A DNA stretch of 64,000 bases, taken from contig CAWJSJ010000001.1 of assembly GCA_963845565.1 (NCBI GenBank), positions 192,001 to 256,000 on the forward strand. Reading direction: 5' to 3'. The DNA is from an uncultured Methylomirabilota bacterium (lineage in GTDB: Bacteria; Methylomirabilota; Methylomirabilia; Methylomirabilales; 2-02-FULL-66-22). A program made the translations under genes and the position numbers. Positions 1-10,505 of this stretch are shown piece by piece. How positions within the stretch are numbered: the stretch's first letter is position 1; the number at the start of each line of letters is the position of its first letter. Below the pieces are notes generated by a model that saw nothing but the letters and a program-made list of their open reading frames with translations, searched no databases and was not told where the DNA came from.

Positions 1-752
1 TGCTCTTGCTTGATCCTCCTGACGAGCTCCGCAAGAGCCTTGGCCGAGGGCTCCTTGCCGGGGCTGGCCACGATGAAACCCTTGACCGCGAGACCGTAGC
101 GGTTGGCGAAATACTGGAACGCGTTATGAAACGTGACGATCTTGCGTCGCGCGGCCGGAATCTTCCCTACTTCGGTGCGAATCCAGGCGTCCAGTTCGTC
201 CAGTTTCGCCTTATAGGCCTGAGCGCGTTCGGTATAGGCGCCGGCGTTGGTCGGGTCCACTTGGCTGAGGCCGTCGCGGATCTTGTCTACGTACGCCTTG
301 ACGAGAATCGGGTCGAGCCAGACGTGTGGGTCCTGTCCCTCGGCGTGGCTGTGGCCGCCGTGGCTGTGACCGGGCCTCTTGATCGTGGCGAGTCCTTTGG
401 AGAGCTCGATGACGGGTACATCCGGCTTCTTGACGCTCCGGATCGTCTTGTCCCACCATTCCTCCAGCCCGGCGCCGTTGAAGAAAACAACCCGCGCCTG
501 GGAGAGGAGCCTGATGGATTCGGGCGTCGGCTGAAAGGTGTGCGGATCAGTCCCGGCAGGCGCCAGCGCCCGGACCTGCACCGTGTCCCCGCCGACGTTC
601 GCGACGACATCCGCGAGGACGGTGTTACTGGTGACAACCGAGACGGACGGATTGATCTGCGCCGACAGGGCATTCCGAGACGCGGCGACAAGACCGATTG
701 CCGTCATGCACACCAACCCTGAAACGACCACACCGCGACAGGCTGTCTTCAT
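1..752 (-). CDS. Metal (Zn/Mn) ABC transporter substrate-binding protein, ZnuA/TroA family; runs off the window edge
   Basis: Manual translation from ATG 752: MKTACRGVVVSGLVCMTAIGL...APAGTDPHTFQPTP...NGAGLEEW...HSHGGHSHAEGQDPHVWLDP. DPH and DPHVWLDP motifs and a His-rich loop. Confidence 0.9.
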   Translation of the reverse strand, partial: MKTACRGVVVSGLVCMTAIGLVAASRNALSAQINPSVSVVTSNTVLADVVANVGGDTVQVRALAPAGTDPHTFQPTPESIRLLSQARVVFFNGAGLEEWWDKTIRSVKKPDVPVIELSKGLATIKRPGHSHGGHSHAEGQDPHVWLDPILVKAYVDKIRDGLSQVDPTNAGAYTERAQAYKAKLDELDAWIRTEVGKIPAARRKIVTFHNAFQYFANRYGLAVKGFIVASPGKEPSAKALAELVRRIKQE

Positions 753-769
753 TCAGAATCTCCCGGGAT

Positions 770-1198
770 TTATTTCGAGCAGCGGACGCATAATCCATAG
801 AATTGGAGGTCGTGTCGACGCACCACGAAACGTGTCCGCTCTCGGATCTTCCGCTCAAAGGGCCCGATCAGGCAGTCTTCGAAATCGGTCACACTTCCGC
901 ACTGATCACAGATGAGGTGGTGGTGATGTGCGCGGTGGTTGTCGGAGAGCTCAAACCGCTGGCCTCCGGTCACGCGGTCGGCCAATACCAGGATGCCGAG
1001 CCGTCGGAACAAGTGGATGGCGCGATACACCGACGTCAGGTTGATCTGCCGACCCCGGATCCGTTTATGAACCTCCGCCACGGTCATGGGCTGAGAGTGT
1101 TCCACAAACACCCGGAGCACTTCCTGCCGTGGCGGCGTTTGGCGGAAGGCTTTGCGATCGAGTTGAAGCGGACCAACAGCGCGCCGGTTGGATTCCAT
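770..1198 (-). CDS. Fur-family metalloregulator (Zur-like by context)
   Basis: TPPRQEVL...SVYRAIHLF...HHHHLICDQCG...FYGLCVRC; directly upstream of the ZnuA-like gene. Confidence 0.9.
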   Translation of the reverse strand: MESNRRAVGPLQLDRKAFRQTPPRQEVLRVFVEHSQPMTVAEVHKRIRGRQINLTSVYRAIHLFRRLGILVLADRVTGGQRFELSDNHRAHHHHLICDQCGSVTDFEDCLIGPFERKIRERTRFVVRRHDLQFYGLCVRCSK

Positions 1199-1208
1199 GG
1201 TCTTCCTC

Positions 1209-1225
1209 TTGCAAATGATTTGCAA
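1209..1225. promoter_or_regulatory. Fur-family operator (perfect 8-1-8 inverted repeat)
   Basis: TTGCAAAT-G-ATTTGCAA, AT-rich, 10 bp upstream of the regulator start codon. Confidence 0.75.
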
Positions 1226-1347
1226 TCATACTCGGAGAGTGGGGGAAGTCAAGAATGATTCGGCTGGACTGAGATTCGCGCCCGGAATTGTGGACGGCGA
1301 ATTGCGGCGAGAAACGCGGAGGAAGCCGTGCTTGCGGCTTCAAGCCG

Positions 1348-4047
1348 TCAGGGGTTCGGCGGGGTAACCACGATCTGCACCAAACGATCCGGATGGATGT
1401 ACTTCCGGGCGGCGGCCTGGGCCTGGGCGGGGGTGACCGATCGGAGATCGGCCGGGAATCGCGCGGGGAAATCGACGCCGAGACCAAAGAGTTCCGTGTC
1501 CCGCAGCACGAACGCCATCCCCATCTGATCCTCCATGGAGAGGACCAGCGAGCCAATGGCCGCGGCGCGGGACTCCTCCAATTCCTCGGCGGTTACTCCG
1601 TCCTCCCGCAGCCGGTCGGCTTGTCGAACGACCGCGGCGATGGCTCGCTCCACCAGGGCGGGGGTTGTCTGCAGGGAGACGACCCACGGACGTTCCCCGA
1701 GCACCGGGAAGAAGTAGCTGTACACGCCGTACGTCATGCCCCCTTCTTGCCGAAGGGATTTCATGAGGCGGCTGTTCAACTCGCCGCCGCCCAAGATCCG
1801 ATTGGCCAGAAAGGCGGCGTAGTAATCGGGGTTGTCCCGGGTGATGCCGTTGCCTCCCAGCATCACGATGGCCTCGGACTTTCCGGGTAGAGGGATCGTA
1901 CGTCGCGAAACGGACGTGACGAGGGGCATGGGGGGTCGCGGGACGGACGGAAGGGCAAGGGGACTCCAATCGCCAAAGGCTTTCTCGACGGCTGCGAGGA
2001 CTTCCTCCGGCGTGCGGTCCCCGACCACCACCAGGACGGTCCGGTCCGGACGATAGTGTGTTGCGTGAAACTGGACGACGTCGTCGCGGCGGATCGTGTC
2101 CAAGTCCTCTCGTTGACCGGCGGCATTCCGATGCAGCGGATGACCCGGCGGGAACAGTTGCGCAAACAATTCCCGCTGCGCCAGGGGTTTGGGCTCCTCC
2201 GCCTCACGATCCAGACGGGCTCTGAGTTGTCCGAGGGCCTTGGTGACTTCGTTGGGCGGGAAGATGGGATTCCGGAGGCATTCGGCGAGGTGTCCGAGTA
2301 CGACATCGAAATGCTCGGTCAGCATCTGGGCGGTGATCCCCACGGTCTCCCGCTCCGCGCGGATTGAGCCTGTGGCCCCGAGGAACTCGATCCGGTCCGC
2401 CAGATCAGCCGCGGTGTGATTCGGTGTCCCGCGCGTCATCAACTCTGCGGTGAGGGCGGCGAGACCTGATTTCCCGGGCGGATCCTGGACCGAGCCGGCC
2501 AGGAGGTAGCCCTTGATGGCGACGCTCTGCGCCACGCGATTTTCCGCAGCAATGACCGTGAGGCCATTCGGGAGGACGCGTCGGACGACCTTGCCGGTTG
2601 CGGGGACGGTCGAACCCATTTGCGCCGGACCAGGGGTCGCTGGGACGTCGAGGGCCCCAGGCGGCTCCGGTGCGCGGTGGACGGACCCACGGCCGCTCGT
2701 CGGAACCTGTGGGCTGGCCGACCCGCCTTGCGGGATAAACCACCCGACCGTCCTCTGGTCCGTCCCGAAATACGTCCCGGCCACTCGCTGGACGTCGGCG
2801 GCGGTGACCTGCCGGATTCTCTCGAGGACGCGGTCGAACTCCCCATGGCCGACGGTCATCTCGAGCTTGCCGATCGCCCCGGCCATCCCGCTCACGCTTC
2901 CATAGTCGATCGTCAGATCGGCGCGCACCTGATTGATGGCCTTCTGCAGCTCGCGATCCGTCACGCCCTCCCGGCGGATCCGTTCCAGGACCTGCGTGAG
3001 GGCATCTTCGACACGCTGGTGGGACACGCCCTCCCGGGCCGTGAGATAGAATCCGAACCACCCTGGGTCGATCCGCCGCGCGTAATCGCTGGCCAGCGTC
3101 GAGACGAGGTCGGTTTCCACGAGGGCCTTGTGCAGCCGCGAACTCTTGCCGTTCGTCAGGATTCCGTCCAGGACCAAGAGCGCAAAGTGATCGGGATGGG
3201 CGGCGGCGGGGGTGCCGTAGAATACCTGGAGGTGGGCGGTGGAGCCCGCTCCCTTGACGACGACTCGGCGCTCTCCCGTGCGCGCGGGCTCGCGGGTGAG
3301 GACCGGCGGAGGCGGGGAACCCGCGGGCAGGTCGCCGAAGTACTTCCGCACGAGATCCAGCGTGGCCTCGGTGTGGATGTCCCCGACGATAATCAGAACG
3401 GCGTTGTTCGGCTGATAGTGGGCCTGGTAGTAGGCCAGGATCGCCTCTCGCGTCAAGGACTGCACGTCGGCCTTCCAGCCGATGATCAGATTGCGATACG
3501 GGTGCAACAGGAACGCGGTGGCGCGCGTGATTTCTTCGAGGAGTTCCTCAGGGTCGTTCAGGCGCCCCTGGAGCTCCGACAGGACCACGCCGAGCTCCGT
3601 CTTGAGTTCGTCGGGGTCGAGTGCGCAGTTCATCATCCGGTCGGATTCGATGCGTAACGCGGTCTCCAGCCTGTCGCTGGGGAGGGTCATGTGATAGGCC
3701 GTGTAGTCGTAGCTGGTGAACGCGTTGTGGCGGCCTCCAGCGAGCTGGACGAGTCGGTCGAGATCGCCGGTCTTCATGGACTTGGTGGCGCGGAACAGCA
3801 TGTGCTCGAGGACGTGGGAGATGCCGGTCGCGCCCGGTCGCTCGTTCCGGGAGCCGACCCGGTACAGTGTCCAGACGGTCACGACGGGCGCTGCGCGCAA
3901 CTCCTTGGTGAGGACCTTGAGGCCGTTCGGGAGGATCGTTTCTCGTATGGCGGAGGAATCGGCAGTTCCAGCGGCGGCCACGAACGGGAGCGCGAGGGCG
4001 ATACACACGATGAAGCCGACGATCACGCGGCGACGTAGCATAGTCAC
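1348..4047 (-). CDS. M16 (pitrilysin/insulinase) zinc protease with signal peptide
   Basis: GISHVLEHMLF (HxxEH), NAFTSYDYTAY, two LPNGL-starting halves; 899 aa. Confidence 0.93.
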   Translation of the reverse strand: MTMLRRRVIVGFIVCIALALPFVAAAGTADSSAIRETILPNGLKVLTKELRAAPVVTVWTLYRVGSRNERPGATGISHVLEHMLFRATKSMKTGDLDRLVQLAGGRHNAFTSYDYTAYHMTLPSDRLETALRIESDRMMNCALDPDELKTELGVVLSELQGRLNDPEELLEEITRATAFLLHPYRNLIIGWKADVQSLTREAILAYYQAHYQPNNAVLIIVGDIHTEATLDLVRKYFGDLPAGSPPPPVLTREPARTGERRVVVKGAGSTAHLQVFYGTPAAAHPDHFALLVLDGILTNGKSSRLHKALVETDLVSTLASDYARRIDPGWFGFYLTAREGVSHQRVEDALTQVLERIRREGVTDRELQKAINQVRADLTIDYGSVSGMAGAIGKLEMTVGHGEFDRVLERIRQVTAADVQRVAGTYFGTDQRTVGWFIPQGGSASPQVPTSGRGSVHRAPEPPGALDVPATPGPAQMGSTVPATGKVVRRVLPNGLTVIAAENRVAQSVAIKGYLLAGSVQDPPGKSGLAALTAELMTRGTPNHTAADLADRIEFLGATGSIRAERETVGITAQMLTEHFDVVLGHLAECLRNPIFPPNEVTKALGQLRARLDREAEEPKPLAQRELFAQLFPPGHPLHRNAAGQREDLDTIRRDDVVQFHATHYRPDRTVLVVVGDRTPEEVLAAVEKAFGDWSPLALPSVPRPPMPLVTSVSRRTIPLPGKSEAIVMLGGNGITRDNPDYYAAFLANRILGGGELNSRLMKSLRQEGGMTYGVYSYFFPVLGERPWVVSLQTTPALVERAIAAVVRQADRLREDGVTAEELEESRAAAIGSLVLSMEDQMGMAFVLRDTELFGLGVDFPARFPADLRSVTPAQAQAAARKYIHPDRLVQIVVTPPNP

Positions 4048-4165
4048 AGCACCCTCCCCACGGCGGTTCGAACTTTCATGCCAAACTAGTTGAGCAAGCG
4101 GGCAGGGTCAAGGCAATTTCCCGGTTGGGTATGGGAGATCGGGCGTTCGGGGGTGCCGGGATGTG

Positions 4166-5320
4166 TCAGCCGAGGCGCTTGTGAAAGCGAAGCGTGCTGG
4201 CCGTCAGAACGCTGAGTCCAAGGAGAAGGAGGGCGAGCATCTGCGGCCAGAGAATCTCGACCCCGTTTCCCTTCAGGAAGATGCCCCGGATGATGACGAG
4301 GAAGTAGCGGAGAGGGTTCAGGTACGTCAGGTACTGGATCGCCTCGGGCATGTTGGCGATGGGGAAGGCGAATCCGGACAGCAGCATGGCTGGTTGAAAG
4401 AAGAAGAAGGTGGACATGAGGGCTTGCTGCTGGGTCTTGGAAATCGTGGAGATGTAAAGGCCGATCCCCAGGACCGGGAGGAGAAATAGGGCGGTGGCCC
4501 CGAAAAGCAGGACAAGGCTTCCCCGAATCGGCACGGTGAACCAGAGGACCGCCACCGTGGTAATGATGAGGACATCGAAGAACCCGATGAGAGCGAAGGG
4601 CAGAGTCTTTCCCAGGATCAGCTCGGCCGGCCGAATGGGCGAGACCAAGAGCTGCTCCATGGTTCCGATCTCCCGTTCCCGGACGATGGCCATGGCGGTC
4701 ATCATCATCAGGGTCAGCATGATGAGGATGGCGATGACCCCAGGGACGTAGTAGTTGCGGCTTCTGAGGTCCGGATTGAACCAGGCCCGGGACCGGAGCT
4801 CGACCCCCGGCAGGCCGCCGGACGGCATCGGGGCGACCCTGCCCGCGGCCACCGCGCGCGCGGCGAGCAGGACGGGGAGCTTCTCGCGATTGACCTGAGC
4901 GATGATCCGGTTGGCGTAGTCCAGGACCACGCCGGCAGTATTGGAGTCGGTCCCGTCCACGATGACCTGGATGACGGCGGTGCGCCCCCGGGCCAGGTCC
5001 CGAGCGAACCCCGGGTCGAACTGGATGGCAGCCTTCACCGCCCCCTGGTCGATCAGGGCGCGCAAGACCTCCGGGTCCTCGACCCATCGGACGACGCGGA
5101 AGTAGCCGGAGCTCTCGAAGCGCCGCGTGATCTCCCGGGTTTCCTGGGTCCGGTCGAAGTCGGCGACGGCGGTGGCGACCTGGGTGACGTCGGTGGTGAC
5201 CGCGTAGCCGATGACGAAGAGCTGGATGATCGGCGTGCCGAAGATCACGGCCTTCATCCGGGGATCCCGGAAGATCTGGACGAATTCCTTGATGAGCATG
5301 TGTTTGAGGCGCTCCCACAT
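4166..5320 (-). CDS. ABC-2 permease (YbhR-like)
   Basis: MWERLKHMLIKEFVQIFRDPR...AIVREREIGTMEQLLVSP. Confidence 0.9.
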   Translation of the reverse strand: MWERLKHMLIKEFVQIFRDPRMKAVIFGTPIIQLFVIGYAVTTDVTQVATAVADFDRTQETREITRRFESSGYFRVVRWVEDPEVLRALIDQGAVKAAIQFDPGFARDLARGRTAVIQVIVDGTDSNTAGVVLDYANRIIAQVNREKLPVLLAARAVAAGRVAPMPSGGLPGVELRSRAWFNPDLRSRNYYVPGVIAILIMLTLMMMTAMAIVREREIGTMEQLLVSPIRPAELILGKTLPFALIGFFDVLIITTVAVLWFTVPIRGSLVLLFGATALFLLPVLGIGLYISTISKTQQQALMSTFFFFQPAMLLSGFAFPIANMPEAIQYLTYLNPLRYFLVIIRGIFLKGNGVEILWPQMLALLLLGLSVLTASTLRFHKRLG

Positions 5321-5328
5321 GGCTCGAT

Positions 5329-6454
5329 CTACTCCAGGCTCTTCCGAAAGGCCCGGTGGGCGGCGGTCATGACCACCAGGGAGAATAGGGCCAGGAAGAG
5401 CACCTCCATGCCTAGGACGCGCAGACCGACGCCCTTGAGGAAGATGCCCTTCAGGATCGTGACGAAGTAGCGGGCAGGCACCACGTGCGTGATGGCTTGC
5501 AGCCACCCCGGCATGTTGGCGATGTCGAAGACGAACCCCGACAACAGGAAGGCGGGGAGAAAGGTGACGACCATGGCCGCCTGGCTGGCGAGGATCTGGG
5601 ACTTTGTCTTGATGGAGACCAGCATCCCCAGGCCGAGGGCCCCCAGGAGGAAGACCAGGGAGAGGATGAGGAGCAACGGCAGGCTACCCCGGAAGGGCAC
5701 CCCGAAGACCGTCGTCCCCACCAGCACCGAGAGGACGACGTCGACGAAGCCGATCCCGACATAGGGGAGCAGCTTCCCCAGGATCAGCTCGGGCACCCGG
5801 ATGGGTGTGGCGATGAGCTGTTCCATGGTCCCCCGCTCCCATTCGCGGGCGACCGTGAGCGAGGTCAGGAGGGCGGCGATCACCATCATGATCACCGCGA
5901 TGAGGCCGGGGACGATGTAGTTCTTGCTCTGCAGCTCCGGGTTGAACCAGACGCGGGGGCGGCCCTCCACCGGGAGGTCGCGGGGGCTTGACATTGAGCC
6001 GTTCCGCGACGATACGGGTGGAGTAGCGCGCGGCGATTCCCTCCAGGTAGTTCAGGGCGATGGTCGCCGTGTTGGAATCGCTGCCGTCCAGGAGCGCCTG
6101 GACCGGAACGCGCCGACCGAGGGCCAGGTCGCGCGCGAAGTTCCGGGGGATCACCAGGGCCACCTGGGCTCGACCGGAATCGAGCGCCCACTCGACGTCC
6201 CGGTAGTTCTCCGCCCTGGCCACTGGGGTGAAGTAGCGGGTGGCGGTGAACTGCTCCAGGAACTCCCGGCTCGTGGCGCTCTGGTCCTGGTCGTACACGA
6301 TCGTCTTCAGGCGATCCACGTCCAGGGTGAGGGCGTAGCCGTACAGGAAGAGCAGGATCATGGGAATGACGAAGGCCATCCCGAGGCTTCGCGGATCGCG
6401 ACGGATCTGAATGATTTCCTTTCGGGCCACCGCCAACAGTCGAGCGATGCGCAT
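5329..6454 (-). CDS. ABC-2 permease (YbhS-like), one frameshift near 5990
   Basis: N-half MRIARLLAVARKEIIQIRRDPR (5684..6454) and C-half VWFNPELQSKNYIVPG...AREWERGTMEQL (5329..5994) lie in different frames. Confidence 0.85.
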
Positions 6455-6456
6455 TT

Positions 6457-7437
6457 CTAGGCTCTCCGCCCTCGGCTCTCGGCTCTCGGTTCTTCCCGTC
6501 GGTCTTCCGCTTCGATGAGGGATACGAACACGTCCTCCAGCGACGGGAGGATCTTCTCCACGTGCTCGACCCGGAGTCCGGCCGCCTCCAGTGCACCCCG
6601 CACGGCGGGGGCGGCCGCCGCCGCATCCGAGACGACCACATGCAGGAGCGTGCCGAAGAGCGCGGCCTCGCGCACGCCCGGAACCCGCGGGGTGACTTCC
6701 AGGGCCTCCACGGGACGGTCTACCGCTACTTCCAGCACGTCGTCGGGCATGTGTTCGCGCTTGAGCTGGGCGGCCGTCCCCAGGGCGATCATGCGCCCCC
6801 GGTAGATAAGGGCCAATCGGTCGCAGTACTCGGCCTCGTCCATGTAGTGGGTCGTGACGAACACGGTGACGCCCTGGCGCGAGAGACGCTGGATCAGATC
6901 CCAGAAATTCCGCCGCGAGATCGGATCCACGCCCGAGGTGGGCTCATCCAGAAAGAGAATTCGCGGCTCGTGCAGGATGGCGGCGCCGAGGGCCAGCCGC
7001 TGCCGCCAGCCGCCGGCCAGTTCGCGCGTGAGGCTCTGCTCTCGTCCCACCAGTCCCGCCATCTCGAGCGCCCACGCCTTGCGTGCGGCCTTCCTCTCCT
7101 TGGGGATGCGGTAGATGCCGCCGTAGAAGTCCAGGTTCTGCTCGACGGTGAGATCCTCGTAGAGCGAGAACTTCTGGGACATGTAGCCGATGATCTCCTT
7201 GATGGATTCCCCCTGGGTCCGGATGTCAAACCCGCCGACCCAGCCGGATCCACCGGTCGGGGAGAGCAGGCCCGTGAGCATCCGGATGGTTGTGGACTTC
7301 CCGGCCCCGTTGGGTCCCAGAAACCCAAAGATCTCTCCCGCGGGGACCTCGAACGAGAGGCGGTCCACGGCGACGAAGTCGCCGAAGCGGCGCTCGAGAT
7401 TCTCGACCCGGACCGCGAGGTCAGGCCGCCCGTTCAT
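6457..7437 (-). CDS. ABC transporter ATP-binding protein
   Basis: GPNGAGKS, LAGGWRQR, LDEPTSGVDP. Confidence 0.93.
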   Translation of the reverse strand: MNGRPDLAVRVENLERRFGDFVAVDRLSFEVPAGEIFGFLGPNGAGKSTTIRMLTGLLSPTGGSGWVGGFDIRTQGESIKEIIGYMSQKFSLYEDLTVEQNLDFYGGIYRIPKERKAARKAWALEMAGLVGREQSLTRELAGGWRQRLALGAAILHEPRILFLDEPTSGVDPISRRNFWDLIQRLSRQGVTVFVTTHYMDEAEYCDRLALIYRGRMIALGTAAQLKREHMPDDVLEVAVDRPVEALEVTPRVPGVREAALFGTLLHVVVSDAAAAAPAVRGALEAAGLRVEHVEKILPSLEDVFVSLIEAEDRREEPRAESRGRRA

Positions 7438-8395
7438 CGGGCGCTCCGCTCCCACGCTCGACCATGGAGATGAAGACATCCTCCAGCGACGGGGCGATCC
7501 GTCGGGCCTCGCGCGGCGCGAGGCCGGCTGCCTCCAGCGCTGCCTGGACGGCGGGGAGACCACGGGCGGCATCCTCGACCGCAATGTGGAGGTGATGGCC
7601 GAAGAGCGTGACGCTCTTGATTCCCGCGACGCCGGCCAGGACCTCGCGCGCCCGCCAGGCCTCGGTGACGAGGATCTCCACCAGATCGCCCGCCATCAGG
7701 CTCTTGATCTGACGGGGCGAATCCAGGGCCAGGAGCCGCCCCTGGTGCATGAGGCCGACGCGGTTGCACCGCTCAGCCTCATCCAGATAAGCCGTCGTGA
7801 CCAGGATCGTCACTCCCTCCTTCAGCATCTCGTAGAGGATCCGCCAGAAGTCGCGTCGGGAGACCGGATCCACGCCGTTGGTGGGCTCGTCCAGCAGGAG
7901 GATCTTGGGCGTGTGGATCAGGGCGCAGGCAAGGCCCAGCTTCTGTTTCATTCCGCCCGACAGCTTGTCGGCCAGCCGGTCCTTGAACGGGGTGAGGTTG
8001 CTGAACCCCAGGAGACGCTCGATGCGCGGCGCCCGTTCCTGGCGCGAGACCTCGAAGAGATCCGCATAGAAGAGGAGGTTCTCCAGCACGGTGAGGTCGC
8101 CGTACAGTCCGAATCGCTGGGACATGTATGCGATACGGTCCTTGACCGCCTCGGGCTGCGTTCGAACGGAGCGGCCTGCGACAAGGGCGTCGCCGTCCGT
8201 TGGCGGCAGGATGCCCGCCAGCATCCGGAGGGTCGTGGTCTTTCCGGCGCCGTCCGGACCGACCAGGCCGAACAACTCCCCGCGTGGGATCGTCAGGGTG
8301 AGGCGATCCACGGCCGTGACGGGGCCGAACCGCCGCGTCAGCGCACGAATCTCGATCGTCGGGCCCTCGTGCTCTTGAAATCCGCCGCTGTTCAT
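7421..8395 (-). CDS. ABC transporter ATP-binding protein
   Basis: GPDGAGKT, LSGGMKQK, LLDEPTNGVDP. Confidence 0.93.
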   Translation of the reverse strand: MNSGGFQEHEGPTIEIRALTRRFGPVTAVDRLTLTIPRGELFGLVGPDGAGKTTTLRMLAGILPPTDGDALVAGRSVRTQPEAVKDRIAYMSQRFGLYGDLTVLENLLFYADLFEVSRQERAPRIERLLGFSNLTPFKDRLADKLSGGMKQKLGLACALIHTPKILLLDEPTNGVDPVSRRDFWRILYEMLKEGVTILVTTAYLDEAERCNRVGLMHQGRLLALDSPRQIKSLMAGDLVEILVTEAWRAREVLAGVAGIKSVTLFGHHLHIAVEDAARGLPAVQAALEAAGLAPREARRIAPSLEDVFISMVERGSGAPDERAA

Positions 8396-9615
8396 TTCCC
8401 GGACCCCTGACCCCCAGCCCCTGTTCCCAGGTCAATCCTCGCATCCGCCGGCATGCCCGGCTTCAACTCCTGGTTTGGGTTGTCCACGCTGATCTTCACG
8501 GCAAACACCAGCTTCACCCGCTCCTCCTGGGTCTGGACGTTCTTGGGAGTGAACTCGGCCTCGGAGTTGATGAAGGTGATCTTGCCGGGATAGACCTTGC
8601 CGCGGAAGGAATCGGTCGTGATCTCCGCCGTCTGGCCCAACCGGACGTGGCCGAGCCGAGGCTCCGGAACATAGATCTTGAGCCAGATGTTGCCCAGGTC
8701 GGCGATCGTCACGGCGGGAGTACCCGCAGCGATCATCTCCCCGGGCTCCACGTGCTTCCGGAGAACCACGCCGGCCTGCGGGCTCGCGAGGACCGTGTAC
8801 CCGAGCTGTGCCTCCGCAGCGGCCAAGGCGGCGCGATCGCGCGCAATGTTGGCCTGGATCGTTGCCAGTTCCTGCCGCCTCCGGGAAACCTCCAGAGCGC
8901 CCGTCTGTGCGAGGAGCAGGCCTGCGCGGGCCTGTTGGACGTCCGCCTCGGCCCGGCGGATCTCCTCCTGACGTGGACCCTCTTTCGCCAGGTCGAGCCG
9001 TTCGACGGCGTTCCGGTGTCGCTCCACCGCCACGTCGAGGCTCGTGCGGGCGGTGTCGCGCGCCTGCGCCGAGACGCCACCCTCACGGTACAGCGCCTCC
9101 ATGCGCCCGAGATCCGCCTGGGCGTTCTCCAGCACGGCCTTGGCCTCGCGGACCTCGGCCGCGGCGCGCTGCAGATCCTGCGGCCGGGAGCCGCTCTTGA
9201 GTTCCGCCAGCCGCTCGTCCCGAGCGGTCAGGCCGGCCTGCGCCTCGGCGATCCGGGCGCGAGTCAGTGCCTCCTGGAGGGCGATCTCGGTCTGGAGCTG
9301 CGGCAGGCGCGTCTCGGTGCCCGCCAGCGACGCTCGCAAGCGGCCGACGTCCGCTTCCAGCTCCTTACTCTCCAGTGTGGCCACGGGGTCGCCGGCCTTG
9401 AGGCGTTGGCCTTCGTCCGCCGGACGGGCGATCACCCGACCGGGGATCTTGAAGCTCACCGCGATCTCGGTGGCCTCGATGGTCCCCGAGGCGACGAGGA
9501 CCCCCTCGGGTGGACGTTGCCACCAGCGCCAGAGAGCGGCGCCGGAGGCGAGCAACCCCGCCACCACCACGACGATGGCGATCCGCATACGCTTCCTGCC
9601 ATTGGCGCCGCTCAT
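8392..9615 (-). CDS. HlyD-family membrane fusion protein (YbhG-like)
   Basis: N-terminal TM, ASGTIEA, long coiled coil, AEFTPKNVQT, LKPGMPAD. Confidence 0.9.
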   Translation of the reverse strand: MSGANGRKRMRIAIVVVVAGLLASGAALWRWWQRPPEGVLVASGTIEATEIAVSFKIPGRVIARPADEGQRLKAGDPVATLESKELEADVGRLRASLAGTETRLPQLQTEIALQEALTRARIAEAQAGLTARDERLAELKSGSRPQDLQRAAAEVREAKAVLENAQADLGRMEALYREGGVSAQARDTARTSLDVAVERHRNAVERLDLAKEGPRQEEIRRAEADVQQARAGLLLAQTGALEVSRRRQELATIQANIARDRAALAAAEAQLGYTVLASPQAGVVLRKHVEPGEMIAAGTPAVTIADLGNIWLKIYVPEPRLGHVRLGQTAEITTDSFRGKVYPGKITFINSEAEFTPKNVQTQEERVKLVFAVKISVDNPNQELKPGMPADARIDLGTGAGGQGSGK

Positions 9616-10374
9616 GTTCCGCTCCTCATGCCGGTGCGATCGATCCGGGTTCGGTCGGCGGACGGGGCGGGTCCGCGCCGGACGACCGAGGGTCGCCGCC
9701 GCCGTCGCGGCCGCGCGACGACCTCCGGGGCCTTCCGCGCCAGCAGGCCGTTCAGAAAGATGTCAGTGACGGTCGTGACGACCGCATCGTCCGCGATGGG
9801 GTAGATCCGCTCGCCGCCCAGCAGGCGCTGGCTGACGGCGAAGATCAGGAACATGCCGATGAAGGCGCGGGAGGCCACCATGGCGTCCACGTCGCGGAAC
9901 TCGCCGGACCGGATGGCCGTGCGGATCACCGCGGCGAACCGCCGGTTGGCCACCAGAATCCCTTCCCGGTACACCTGGGCCGCGATCTCGGGGAACTGCG
10001 CGACCTCGCCCACCACGGTACGGAACATGGCCAGGTAGGCCGGACTGGACAGGAACCGATAAATGTCCTGGCCGATCAGCGGCGAGCCGTCCCTCCAGCG
10101 AGGACGCGGCGCGGCCGGTGCGCGGCTCCGTGGAGGGAATGACGGCGGTTATCCGCGTCTTCAGCATGGCGGTGAAGAGCGCCGCCTTGCTGGGGAAGTA
10201 AAGGTAGATGGTGCCCTTGGTGATCCCGGCCTGCCGGGCGACGTCATCCAGGGTGGCCTGGTGGAAGCCGCGCGCACCGAAGACCCGGAAGGCGGCCTCG
10301 AGAATCTGACGGGGCCGCTCGTCCGGCCGGCGCTGCCAGCGACGGGGGTGAGGGATGGTGTGTGCGGCGGTCAT
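9612..10374 (-). CDS. TetR/AcrR regulator, frameshifted near 10080
   Basis: HTH ATLDDVARQAGITKGTIYLYFPSK; the C-terminal domain continues in ORF 9612..10028. Confidence 0.85.
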
Positions 10375-10441
10375 GGCGCCTCCGGATATTTGACCAGTTG
10401 GTTGGACGATAGCCCGGCGGGAGGCGAGTGTCAATAAGTAT

Positions 10442-10453
10442 CTGACCGGTCAG
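10442..10453. promoter_or_regulatory. Likely TetR operator palindrome
   Basis: CTGACCGGTCAG perfect palindrome upstream of tetR; related TGACCAGTTGGTT at 10391. Confidence 0.5.
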
Positions 10454-10505
10454 TTAATAGGAGCGCAAGTCACTGCCGGCCTCGGCGGCAGGAAGCGGGG
10501 CGGTG

